A DNA stretch of 63,719 bases, counting the filler, from Chiloscyllium plagiosum (taxonomy: Eukaryota), in assembly GCF_004010195.1 (NCBI RefSeq). It is 4 parts of one record of this genome, joined end to end, with 100 filler letters (N's around TTAATTAATTAA, not from the genome) between each part and the next. Parts side by side here need not be neighbours in the genome. Positions count along the whole stretch, not along the records: positions 46,950 to 56,088 come from NC_057710.1; positions 56,189 to 63,719 come from NC_057710.1; 2 more parts are not named here. The stretch is one strand, 5' to 3'. Positions 49,592 to 61,030 of the stretch are shown here, piece by piece. A model generated the notes under the pieces. It ran no database searches. It saw only the letters and a program-made list of their open reading frames with translations, and was not told the origin of the DNA. A program made the translations under genes and the position numbers. Numbering within the stretch: the stretch's first letter is position 1; each line of letters starts with the position of its first letter.

Positions 49592-49799
49592 ACGGAAATG
49601 TGTTGCTGGAGAAGCGCAGCAGGTCGGGCAGCATCTAGGGAACAGGAGAATCGACGTTTCGGGCATTAGCCCTTCTTCAGGAAACTAATGCCCGAAACGT
49701 CGATTCTCCTGTTCCCTAGATGCTGCCTGACCTGCTGCGCTTCTCCAGCAACACATTTCCGTCTCTGATCTCCAGCATCTGCAGACCTCATTTTCTCTT
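49592..49799. mobile_element. Fold-back mini-Penelope with 15-bp TSD
   Basis: TSD CCTATATCATTAGGG at 49577-49591 and 49800-49814; near-perfect inverted arms. Confidence 0.92.
49653..49680 (-). ncRNA. Minimal hammerhead ribozyme, core intact
   Basis: CUGAAGA-A-GGGC-UAAU-GCCC-GAAA-CGU-C. Confidence 0.82.
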
Positions 49800-50311
49800 C
49801 CTATATCATTAGGGCCAATCTATCACCATTCCACATTCCTGTTTTCACAACTATTGGATATTGCGCTCGATTGAAAATTGAATTCTCTGAGTATTTACCG
49901 TGTGGCATGAGATTTCATTCAGCCACTATTACAGCAATAATGAACATTTCTAAATTCATGGGAAAACAGATGAGACAAATTACAAGGAACACAGAGGTCA
50001 CAATATCCATTGAACTAGTGGGAAGAATTTATCTGCTGCCAAATGTACCTTATTATCAGGGTGTTGTGTTCAAAAATAAGGTGTTGTTCTGAGAAGGGAC
50101 AAAAGCTAACAGTCAGATGAAGACAGGCAATGGTATGGTGATCAGCCAGCATCATGGGGAGCTGTACCATGGCCATTTACCAAGAGGAGTGAGACAGATG
50201 ATTGACACAGCATTGCTGGCCAGCTCCAGAATAAGGCAAAGTAACAGGGGACTGAAGGGGAGGAAGGGGCACAAAGATCCAGGGAGACAACCCACAACAT
50301 CTCCCCAGGGA

Positions 50312-50452
50312 AGATTAGATTAGATTAGATTACATTACAGTGTGGAAACAGGCCCTTCGGCCCAACAAGTCCACACCGACCTGCCGAAGCGAAACCCACG
50401 CACTCTGGCGCTGTGAGGCAGCAGTGCTAACCACTGTGCCACCGTGCCGCCC
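50312..50452 (-). mobile_element. Internally deleted HE1-like SINE
   Basis: Head joined directly to tail; (TCTAA)n terminus. Confidence 0.88.
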
Positions 50453-50714
50453 ATGTGTTCCCGTACATCTCCCTGAGGGAAGGACAAAGCATGTTGGCAC
50501 TGAGACCACCAAAGGCTATCAGAGACAGTTCCAAAGTGGACAGCACCATTATGATATAGGAGTGCACTCCCTCTGCTCTTCCATTATATGGAATGATTGC
50601 AGGATCAGGAAAGATTTCTCATCTATCACACTGCCTTCCTGTGCCCAATTATCTAACGTACCACATCCAAAATTCCCTGTTCAAGATTTGGAGAACAGAC
50701 TCTCCAAAAATTCC

Positions 50715-50972
50715 TAAATTAACTAACCAGGGATCAACTAACTAATAAATTAATTAACTTAGTAGAGATGGCTGGGCAGATAATGTGCTGTAGTTGCATG
50801 ATATGGGAGCTGGCTGATCCCATTGTGAACCGCAGTGACCACATCTGCAGCAAGTGTTGGTTGCTGGAGGAACTCCGGCTTGGAAGTGATGAGCAGGAAT
50901 CCGTGCTTCAAACACTGCGTACAAATGGGAGGGAAAGAGTTACCTGGACACGTTGTTTCAGGAAGCAGCCAC
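50715..50972 (+). mobile_element. CR1 5'UTR/ORF1 zinc-finger fragment
   Basis: MAGQIMCCSCMIWELADPIVNRSDHICSKC, same family as 21791. Confidence 0.88.
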
Positions 50973-52175
50973 AGAGACTGGTCAGCATGGTTAGACTTCA
51001 TGAAATACAGGGAGAACTAGCCATTTGGAAATACTACTGGCTCAAAGGTATGGGGGGACTACTGTACAAGCTTTTGGAGTGCTGCTCCTTCATCAGATCC
51101 CTTGAAGACAGAGGGTAGTAGTGGGGGGTTGTTTTTCAGACTGGAGGCCTGTGACCAGTGGAGTGCCACAAGGATCAGTGTTGGGTCCACTACTTTTCAT
51201 CATTTATATAAATGATTTGGATGTGAACATAAGAGGTACAGCTGGTAAGTTTGCAGATGACACCAAATATGTGGTGTAGTGGACAGCGAATAAGGTTATC
51301 TCAGATTACAACAGGATCTTGATCAGATGGGCCAATGGACTGAGAAGTGGCATATGGAGTTTAATTCAGATAAATGTGAGGTGCTGCATTTTGGGAAAGC
51401 AAATCAGAGCAGGACTTATACACTTAATGGTAAGGTCCTAGGGAGTGTTGCTGAACAAAGAGACCTTGGAGTGCAGGTTCATAGCTCCTTGAAAGTGGAG
51501 TCGCTGGTAGATAGGATAGTGAAGAAGGCATTTGATATGCTTTCCCTTATTGGTTAGAGTACTGAGTACAGGAGTTGGGAGATCATGTTGTGGCTGTATA
51601 GGACATCGGTTAGGCTATTGTTTGAAAATTACGTGCAATTCTGGTCTCCTTCCTATTGGAAAGATGTTGTGAAACTTGAAAGGGTTAAAAAAAAATTACA
51701 AGGATGTTGCCAGGGTTGGAGGATTTGAGCTATAGGGAGAGGGTGAACAGGCTAGCGCTGTTTTCCCTGTAGCGTCGGAGGCTGAGGGGTGACGTTATAG
51801 AGATTTACAAAATCATGAGGGCATGGATAGGGTAAATAGACAAAGTATTTTCCCTGGGGTGGGGAGTCTAGAACTAGAGGGCATAGATTTGGGGTGAGAG
51901 AGGAAAAATATAAAAGAGACCTAAGGGGCAACTTTTTCACACAGAGGGTGGTACGTGTATGGAATGAGCTGCCAGAGGATGTGGTGGAGGCTGGTACAAT
52001 TGCAACAGTTAAGAGGCATTTGGATGGGTATATGAATAGGAAGGGTTTGGAGGGATATGGGCTGGGTGCTGGCAGGTGGGACTAGATTGGGTTGGGATAT
52101 CTGGTCGGCATGGACAGGTTAGAGCGAAGGGTCTGTTTCCGTGCTGTACATCTCTATGACTCTATGACTGTATGA
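50973..52175 (+). mobile_element. CR1 RT to 3' tail
   Basis: ORFs 51327-51557 and 51894-52085; (CTCTATGA)n tail; 53-bp insert at 51051-51103. Confidence 0.95.
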
Positions 52176-52189
52176 TCTGGTAGATTAAC

Positions 52190-55175
52190 TGGCACATATT
52201 TGGGCAGTGGCTAGGGACAATAAGGTGTGACTGCAAGTGAGGCTGGTAGAGGGGTCCAGGTAGAGGAGCCTCAGCTCTTGATCTTCCTGATGAAGAGCTT
52301 ACACTTGAAATGTCAACCGTCCTGCTCCTCGGATGCTGCCTGACTGGCTGGACTTTTCCAGCACCATACTTTTGTACTCTGATCTCCAGCATTTGCAATC
52401 CTTACCTTTTCCTGGGAGCTAAATATCCAAGGATATATATCCTATCGAAAAGACAGGCAGGTGGGTAGAGAGAGTGAGGTTGCCTTCTGTGTAAAAAATA
52501 AAATTAAATCAATAGCAATTAACCAAATAGAGTCGGATGCTATAGAATCTGCCTGGGTGGAGTTGAGGAGCCGCAAAGGGAAGAAAACCATCATGGGATG
52601 CATCTACAGGCCCTGAAAAAGTCGTCAGGATTTGGGGCATAAGACACAACAAGAGACAGAAAAGGCACATCAGAAAGGCAAGGTTACAGTGATCATGGGG
52701 GATTTCAATCTGCAGGGGGACTGGGATTGCTAGTGGATCACATATAATGGAATTTGTGGAATGTCTATGAGATGACTTTTTGGAGCAGCTTATGGTGGAG
52801 CCAATTAGGGAACAGGCAATACTGGATTTAGCATTGTGTAATGAGGCAGACTTGATAAGGGAGCTAAAGGTGAAGGAACTCTTAGTAATTTGCCCTGCGA
52901 GTTGAGAAGGAGAAGATGGATTCAGAGGTAACAGTATTACAGGTGAATGAAGACAACTACAGAGAGAGGAGCTGGATAGAAATGACTAGGAGAGCAACTG
53001 AGCAGGAAAGACAGTGGAATAGCAAAGGCAGGAGTCTCTGGGATTAATTCAGGAGACACAGCAGAGATTCATCCTGAGGGAAAAGAAGCATAGTACAGGA
53101 GGATGAGGCAACCATGGCTGACTAGGGAAGTCAGGGGCAGCATAACAGCAAAGGGGAAAGCATTTAATGTGGCAAAGGACAGTGGGAAACTAGAGGATTG
53201 GGAAGTCTACAAAGATCAACAGAGAACAACAAAGAAAGAAATAAGGGGGAAAAAAATTAAGCATAAGGGAAGCCAGCCAGTAATATTAGGAAAGATTGCA
53301 ATAGTTTCTTTAGGTATATTTAGGGCAAAAGAGAGGCAAAAGTTGACATTGGACCACTGGAAAACTTTGCTGGAGCAGTAGTAATGGCAAATGGCTGATG
53401 AACTGAATAAGTACTTTGTATCAGTCTTCAGGATGGAAGACATGAGTAATATTCCAAAAATTCAAGAGAGTCTGGGAGGGGAAGAAATGAGTATGGAGGC
53501 CATCATCGAGGAGAAGGTGCTCGAAAAACTGAAAGGTTGAAAGTGCATATGTCACCAGGACGAGATGGGCCACACCCTAGAATTCTGAACAAGATAGCTG
53601 AAGAGACAGTGGAATGCAGACAGGCAGGAGGCTGGAAGAGCACAGCAAACTAGGCAGCATCAGGAGGAGGAGAAATTGACAGTTCCGGTGTCACCCTTCT
53701 TCAGGAGGTTTTAGTAGTGATCTTTCAGGTATCACTGGAGTCAGGGAGCATGCCAGCAGACTGGAAAATGGTTCATGTAACCTCCCTGTTTAAGAAGGGA
53801 ATAAAGCAAAAGAGGGGAAATTGTTGGTTGATTAGCCTGAATCATTGGTAAGATTTTGGCATCCATTGTGAAGGATGAGATTTCTGAATACTGGGAAGTG
53901 TATGGTAAAATGGTGGCTCAGTGGTTAGCACTGCTGCCTCATGGGTCCTGGGTTCGATTCCTGTCTCGGCCAACTGTCTGTGTGGAGTTTACTCATTCTC
54001 TCCGTGTCTGCGTGGGTTTCCTCTGGGTGCTCCAGTTTCTTCCCACAATCCAAAGATGTGCAGGTCAGGTGATTGGGCCGTGCTAAATTGTCCATGGTGT
54101 TAGGTGCTTTAGTTAGGGTTCAATGTAGGGGAATGGGTCTGGGTGGGTTGCTCTTCAGACGGTGTGGACTTGTTGCGCCGAAGGGCCTGTAGGAATTCTA
54201 ACGTAATAATTTAATCTAAAATGGGGCAAAGTTAGCATGGTTTCATCAAGGTGGGGTTATGCCTGATGAATCTGTTAGAATTCTTTGAGGTGGTAAGAAG
54301 CAGGTTAGACCAAGAAGAGCCAATGGATGTCATTGATCTGGACTTCCAGAAGGCCTTTGATAAGGTGCTGCACAGGATGCTACTGAGTAAGATAATGACC
54401 CATGGGGTTAGAGGTAAGGTGCTAGCATGGATAGTCAGGCAGAAAGCAGAGAGTGGGGATAAAAAGATCCTTAAGGGTGTTCCACAAGGCTCACTGCTGG
54501 GACCACAACTTTTAACTTTATACATTAATGATCTAGATGGAGGAACTGAGGGCATTCTGGCTAAGTTTGCAGATGATACAAAGATAGTTGGAGGGGCAGG
54601 GAGACTGCAGAAAAGATTTAGACAGGTCAGGAGAGCGGGCAAAGAAGTGGCACATGGAATAGAATGTGGGAAAGTGTGAGGTCATGTACTTTGGTTGGGA
54701 GGTTAGAAACATGGACTATTTTCTAAAAGGGGAGAAGATTCAGAAGTCTGAAGTGCAAAGAGACTTGGGAGTCTTAGTTCAGATTTCTCTTAAGTTTAAT
54801 TGCAGGTTGAGTCAGTAGTTAGGAAGGCAAATACAGTGCTGTCATTCATGTTGAGGAGGACTAGAATATAAAAGCAGAGATGGTCTTCTGAGGATTTATA
54901 AAGGCTCTGGTCAGGCCACATTCAGAGCATTGTGAGCAATTTTGGACCTCAGGAAAGATGTATTGGCCCTGGAGCAGGTCCAGAGGAGGTTCATGAGAAT
55001 GATCCCAAGAATGAAAGACTTAACATATGGGAACATTTGAACACTCTGGGTCTATATTCAGCGGAGTTTAGAAGGATGAGGGGGGAATCAGCCAGAGAGT
55101 GGTGAATCTATGGAATTCATTGCCACAGAAAGCTGTGGAGGCCAGGTCATTGAGTATATTTAAAACAAAGATAAA
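52190..55175 (+). mobile_element. Decayed CR1 ORF2 with nested PLE relics (52285-52412, 53615-53705) and HE1 SINE
   Basis: APE and RT motifs, DFQKAFDKV and FADDTK (ORF 54251-54679). Confidence 0.9.
53910..54220 (+). mobile_element. HE1-like SINE
   Basis: A-box TGGCTCAGTGG 53914-53924, B-box GGTTCGATTCC 53951-53961; possible TSD TAAAATGG. Confidence 0.92.
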
Positions 55176-55589
55176 TAACATGCAGTGAGCCACACCATAA
55201 CATCAAATATATACAAAAAATATCAGAACAAGACAGAGACTTATGAGCAGAGGATACAATCCCTCCCCTCTCCTGCACAGTGGAGAGAGGTCAGTCTGGG
55301 TGATTACAAGAGCTGTGCCAAAGACTGAGTGAGAGGGAAGTGAGGAGGGAATGCCCAGTGTGGTTAAACGGGGGTGTTCACAACCGCACACATCCCACTG
55401 CCATCAGCTGGAGTCAGAGCATTGAGGAACAGATCAGCCAAGAAAGTAGATGAGTTCACAAATATCCCTCTCCTCATCCCGAAATGGGAAATGGTTAGAA
55501 TCTCACTCCCGGAGTTAGAGAGTGATGACTTTGAATAGATCCTCCGAGCTGCCTGCTCTCTAGATTAGAAACAGAATTGGACTGGGATG

Positions 55590-55780
55590 CAAAGGACAAA
55601 GAACAAAGAACAATACAGTACAGGAACAGGCCCTTTGGTGATACAAACCCATGCTGACACATCTTACTCTCCATAGTAAAACTGGCTTCACTAACACAAT
55701 CCATATCTCTCTATTCCCTTTCCCATTTTTGTATTCGTTCAGGTGCTTCTTGATGCTGCTGTTGTGTCTGTTACCACCAC
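55590..55780 (-). mobile_element. CR1 extreme 3' end
   Basis: (CTTTGTT)n tail. Confidence 0.75.
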
Positions 55781-56088
55781 CTGGGTAAATAATATTGCCA
55801 GTGGATCCAAATAAAGGGAATTTATGGAATGCTTACAGGATGGCATTTTGGAACAGCTTGTCATGGAGCCCACAAGGGAGCAGGCTATTCTGGACCTACT
55901 GTTATGTAATGAACCAGACTTTATAAAAAATCTTAAAGTAAGGGAACACTTAGGAAGCAGCGATCATAATATGGTAGAGTTCAGTCTGCAGTTTGAAAGA
56001 GAGAAGGCAAAATCGGATGTAATGGTGTTACAGTTAAATAAAGGTAATTATGAGGGCATGAGAGAGGAACTGACGAAAATAGACTGGA
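55781..56088 (+). mobile_element. CR1 APE endonuclease fragment
   Basis: PTREQAILDLLL..LGSSDHN. Confidence 0.92.
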
Positions 56089-56188
56089 NNNNNNNNNNNN
56101 NNNNNNNNNNNNNNNNNNNNNNNNNNNNNNNNTTAATTAATTAANNNNNNNNNNNNNNNNNNNNNNNNNNNNNNNNNNNNNNNNNNNN

Positions 56189-56600
56189 TGGTGCCTTGGT
56201 CAGCTGGCTCATCCTGTCCAGAGCCCTTTTCCTCATCCGTATAGTGAGCAAGAATCTCATACCTGTTGGACAAGGTCAAAGGCTGAGGCTCCTGCACTCC
56301 TGAACTCAGGTTCCCCCTACCTGCCTCACTTACAGTCACACTCTGATGTCCCTGATCACTAACTGGATGTGAATTACTTAATCTCCCAGGTGTGACTGCC
56401 GCCTTCCTGGTTTATATACTCACTGCTTTCCTTCCCGGCTGCCCCTCTGGTCGTCGTCACTTCCCCCTGCTGCTCCCACTCTTTCTGTGTAGAGATAAAA
56501 AAACACCGCTGCCCGCTACCGGTAAGTAATTTTAAAACAAACTGTCTCACCTTAGCTGTAGCCTTCCGGTTTCGTTTAAACTCAGCTGCTGCTCGCACTC
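56189..56600 (-). mobile_element. CR1 ORF1 fragment (56189-56400) joined to a CpG-rich putative 5'UTR
   Basis: LTLSNRYEIL matches 21975-22190; identity of 56400-56600 is inferred. Confidence 0.7.
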
Positions 56601-56609
56601 CTTAGCGTC

Positions 56610-56762
56610 CCCCCCCACCCTACCTTCTGCATATAAATAGACATTTTCCCAGCGACCATCAGTTCTGAGGAAGGGTCACTCAACCCGAAACATTAACTCT
56701 GGTTTCTCTTCACAGATGCTGCCAGACCTGTGAGATTTTCCAGCAATTTCTGCTTTTGTATC
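56610..56762 (+). mobile_element. PLE terminus, fourth family, hammerhead at 56661-56698
   Basis: AGUU-CUGAGGA-A-GGGU-CACUCA-ACCC-GAAA-CAU-U-AACU. Confidence 0.78.
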
Positions 56763-56789
56763 TAAAAGTAAGATGTCAACCTGGTGAAG

Positions 56790-59010
56790 ATACCAAACAG
56801 GATTGCTTGCATGCTAAACATAACCAACAAGTGACAAACTGAGCTAAGCGATCTCACAACTCACGGATCAGATCTGAGCTCTGCAGCCCTACTACAGTTG
56901 TGAATAGTGGTGGACAAGTAAACAACTCGCGGTAGTGGGAGGCTCCATAAGTAGCCCCATCCTCAACGATGGATGGGCCCAGCACATCACTGCAAACAAT
57001 AAAGCTGAAGTCTTCACAGCAATCTTCATCCAGAAATGCCGAGTGAATGATCCATCTCGGCCTCCTCCAGTGGTCTCCAGCGTTATAAATACCAGTCTTC
57101 AGCCAATTCGATGCACTCCACATGATACCAAGAAATCGTTGAAGGTACTGGATACTGTAAAGGCTACGGACCATGATAAGATTCCGGGAATACTACTGAA
57201 GATTAAATCTCCAGAACTTGTTGTTTCCCTAGCCAAGCTATTCCAGTACAGTTACAACACTGGCATCTATCTAACAATGTACAAAATTGCCCAGATGTGC
57301 CCTGTACATAAAAAGCAGGACAAATCCAACCCAGCCAATTACGCCCCATCAGTCTACTCTTGATCATCAGTAAAGTGATGGAAGGTGTCATCAACAGTGC
57401 TATCAAGCAGCACCTGCTCAGCAATAAGTGACACCCAGTTTAGGTTGTGCCAGGGCCACTCAGCTCCTGACTCCATTACAGCCTTGTTCAAGCATGGACA
57501 AAAGAGCTAAATTCAAAAGGGAAGGCGAGAGTGACAGCCCTTGAAATCAAGGCTGCATTCGATCGAGTGTGGCATCAAGGAGCCCTAGCAAAATTGAAAT
57601 CAATGGGTATTAGGAGACAAACTCTCCAATGGTTTCGAGTCATATATGACACATTGGAAGATGGTTGTGGTTGTTGGATTTCAATCATCTCAGCTCCAGG
57701 AATTCTCTGCAGGAGTCCCTCAAAGTAGTGCCCTAGGCCCAACCATCTTCAGCTGCTTCATCAATGACCTTGTCTCCATCATAAGGTCAGAAGTGGGATG
57801 GTCACACAATGCTCAGCACTATTCACAGCTCCTCAGATTTCATCCATGATGAAATCCAACAAGATCTGGACAATATCCAGGCTTAGGCTGACAAGTATTA
57901 TTTGTGCCACACAAATGCCAGACTATGACCATCACCAATAAGAGATAAGCTAACCACCACCTCCTGTCATTCAATGATGTTACCATTATCAAATCTCCCA
58001 CTATCAACATCATGGGGGTTAGTATTGACCAGGATGGCACAGTGGCTCATGGTTAACACTGCTGCCTCACAGCACCATGGACGTGGGTTTGATTCCAGCT
58101 TTGGGTGTCTATATGGAGTTTGCATGTCCTCCCTGTGTCTGCGTGGGTTTCCTTTGGATGCTCAGGTTTCCTTCCATAGTCTAAAGATGTGCAGATCAGG
58201 TGAATTGGCCATGCTAAATTGCCCATAGTGTTCAGGGATGTGTAGGTTAGGGGCATTAGTTAGGGGTAAATGTAGGAGAATAGGTCTGTGTGGGTGACTC
58301 TTTTGAGGGGTCGGAGTGGACTTGTTGGGCCAAAGGGCCTGTTTCTACTCTGTAGGGATTCTAATTCTAAGAAGCTAAATTGGACTCACCAAATCAACAC
58401 AATGGGTACAAAAGCAGGTCAGAGACAACGAATGCCGTGGCAACTAGCTCACCTCCAGATGCCCCAGAATCTGTCCACCATCTACAAGACACAAGTCATG
58501 TTTGTGAATGAATACTCCCCACTTGCCTGGATGAGTACGCCTCCAACAAACTGGAGAAGTTTGACGCCATCCAGGACAAAGCAGCCCGCTTGATTGGCAC
58601 CACATCCTCAAGCATCTTCTCTTTCTACTGCTGACACTCAGTAGCGGCAGTGCATATTCTTTAAATGATGTACTACGAAATGTCACTAAAACTCCTTGGA
58701 CAGCATCTTCCAAACCAAAGACCACCTCTATCTAGAAGGACAAGAGCAGCAGATACATGGGAACACCATCCCCTGCATGTTCACCTCCAAGCCACTCACC
58801 ATCCTGACATGGAAATATATCGCTGTACCTTCAGTGTTGCTGGGACAACATCCTGGAATTCTCTCCCCAAGAGCATTGTGGGCCAACTCAAAGCAGGTGG
58901 ACTGTAGTGGCTCAAGAAGGAAGCTCTGCACCACCTTCTCAAGGGCAAATAAGGATGGACAGTAAATGCTGGTCCAGCCAGTGATGCCCAATCCCATGAA
59001 TATCTCAATA
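56790..59010 (+). mobile_element. LINE family B (CR1/L2 group) RT to 3' tail
   Basis: KAT..D.IP..LK, NPANY.P, AAFDRVWH and AGVPQ.S.LGP.IFS.FINDL. Confidence 0.9.
58032..58370 (+). mobile_element. HE1-like SINE inserted in LINE family B
   Basis: tRNA head, V-domain, TTCTAA tail. Confidence 0.9.
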
Positions 59011-59194
59011 AAGGAAAAGCTTTCGACACATGAGTTGAGGCAAGTGCAGAGTTGGAGGAGTTTACAGAAGCTGAAGTGATTGAGGAAAGCCTGATACGGT
59101 TAGATCAAGGCGGTTCAATGGAGACTCAGGAAGCATAAACACTTTTGTAAACTTCAAAGTTCTATAATCCTACTCTAAAATGGTGCAGTCATTC

Positions 59195-59455
59195 CAGTTC
59201 AATTCCAGCCTTGGGTGAATGTGTGGAGTTTGCACATTCTCCCCGTGTCTGCGTGGGTTTCCTCCGGGTGCTCCGGCTTCCTCCCAAAGTCCAAAAATGT
59301 GCAGGTCAGGTGAATTGGCCATGCTAAATTGCCCATAGTGTTAGATGCATTAGTCAGAGGGAAATGCATCTGGGTGGATCATTCTCTGGAGAGTCAATGT
59401 GGACTTGTTGGGCTGAAGGGCCTGTTTCTACACTGTAGGGAATCTAAAAATCTAA
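59195..59455 (+). mobile_element. 5'-truncated HE1-like SINE
   Basis: V-domain and tail present. Confidence 0.88.
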
Positions 59456-61030
59456 AAATAAGAACTAGGAGTAGGAGTAGGCCATCTGACCCATCGAGCC
59501 TTCTCACCATAACCCTTAATTCCTTTACTGTTCAAAAAATTGTCTATCTTGGCTTTAAAACCATTCAGTGAGGAAGTGTCAACCACTCCATTGGGCAGGG
59601 AATTCCATACATTCACAACCCTCTGGGTGAAGAAGTTCCTTCTCAATGTAGTTCTAAATCTGCTCCCTCTAATTTTAAGGCTCTGCCCCCTTGTCCTAGT
59701 TTTATCCACCAATGGAAGCATCCTCTCTATATCTATCTTATCTATTCCCTTCATAATTTTAAACATTTCTATAAGATCCCCTCTCATTCTTTTAAATTCA
59801 AATTAATCCAATCCTAGTCTACTCAGTCTCTCCTCATAAACCAATCCCACCAACCCCAGAATCAAACTAGTGAACATCTTCTGCAACCATTCTAGTGCCA
59901 GTACATCCTTTCTTAAGTGGGGTAGCATGGTGGCTCAGTGGTTAGCACTGCTGCCTCACAGCACCAGGGGCGTGGGTTTGATTCAAGCCTTGGGTGGCTG
60001 TCTGTGTGGAGTTTATGGATTCTCCCTGTGTCTGCGTGGGTTTCCTCCAGTTTCCTCCCACAGTCCAAAGATGTGCAGGTCAGGTAAATTAGCTGTGTTA
60101 AATTGCCCATAGTGTCAGGGGTAAATATAGGGTAGGGGAATGGGTCTGGGTGGGCTATTCTTTGGAGGGTTGATGTGGACTTGTTGGGCCGAAGGGCCTG
60201 TTTCCATACTGTAGGAATTCTAATCTAAGGAGAGCAAACTGTCCACAGTACTCCAGGTGTAGCCTCACCTGTACCCTATACAGCTGCAACATAAGCTCTC
60301 TGCTTTTAAACTCAATCCCTACAGCAATGAATGACAAAATTCCATTTGCTTTCTTAATTATCTGTTGCACTTACAGACCAACCCTCCGTGATTCATGCAC
60401 AAGGGACACCCAGGTCTCTCTGCACAGCAGTGGGCTGCAATTCTTTTACCATTCAATTAATAGTCCTTTTTACTGTTATTCCTACCAAAATGGATGACTT
60501 CACATTTGCTAACATTGTACCCCATCTGCCAGACCTTTGCCCACTCATTTAAACTATCTATGTCCCACTGCAAAGTTTCACACCGCTCAACCACTCATCT
60601 TAGTGTCATCTGCAAACTTTGGCACACTTCACGTGGTCCCCAACTCCAAGGCATCTATGCAAATTGGGAATAATTGCTGAGGCACACCACTAGTCACTGA
60701 TTGCCAGCCAGAATAGCACTCATTTGTCCCCACTCTTTGCTTCCTGTCAGTCAACCAATCCTCTATCCATGCTAATACTTTACCCGTAACGTCATGCATC
60801 CTTATCTTATGCAGCAGCATCTTGTGCGGCACCTTGTCGAAGGTCTTTTGTAAATCTAGGTACACCACTGGGTCCCCATTGTCCACCTTGCTCATAATAT
60901 CTTTATAGAATTACAAAAGATTTGTTAAGCATGACCTGCCCTTCATGAACCCATGCTGCATCTTCCCATTGGGACAATTTCTATTGAGGTGTCTTGCTAT
61001 TTCTGCCTTGAAAATAGTTTCAAGCATTCA
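59455..61030 (-). mobile_element. CR1 RT to 3' end interrupted by HE1 SINE
   Basis: ORFs 60629-60895, 60155-60370 and 59452-59787. Confidence 0.92.
59918..60226 (+). mobile_element. HE1-like SINE
   Basis: A-box TGGCTCAGTGG, V-domain, tail. Confidence 0.92.

Noticed and set aside
50715..51050. ORF 50768-51118 as a novel zinc-finger fusion protein
   Set aside because: It is a chance read-through of a CR1 ORF1 fragment joined to a different CR1 RT fragment.
4782..60226. tRNA-like A/B boxes as tRNA genes
   Set aside because: All are SINE heads followed by SINE body and LINE-like tails.
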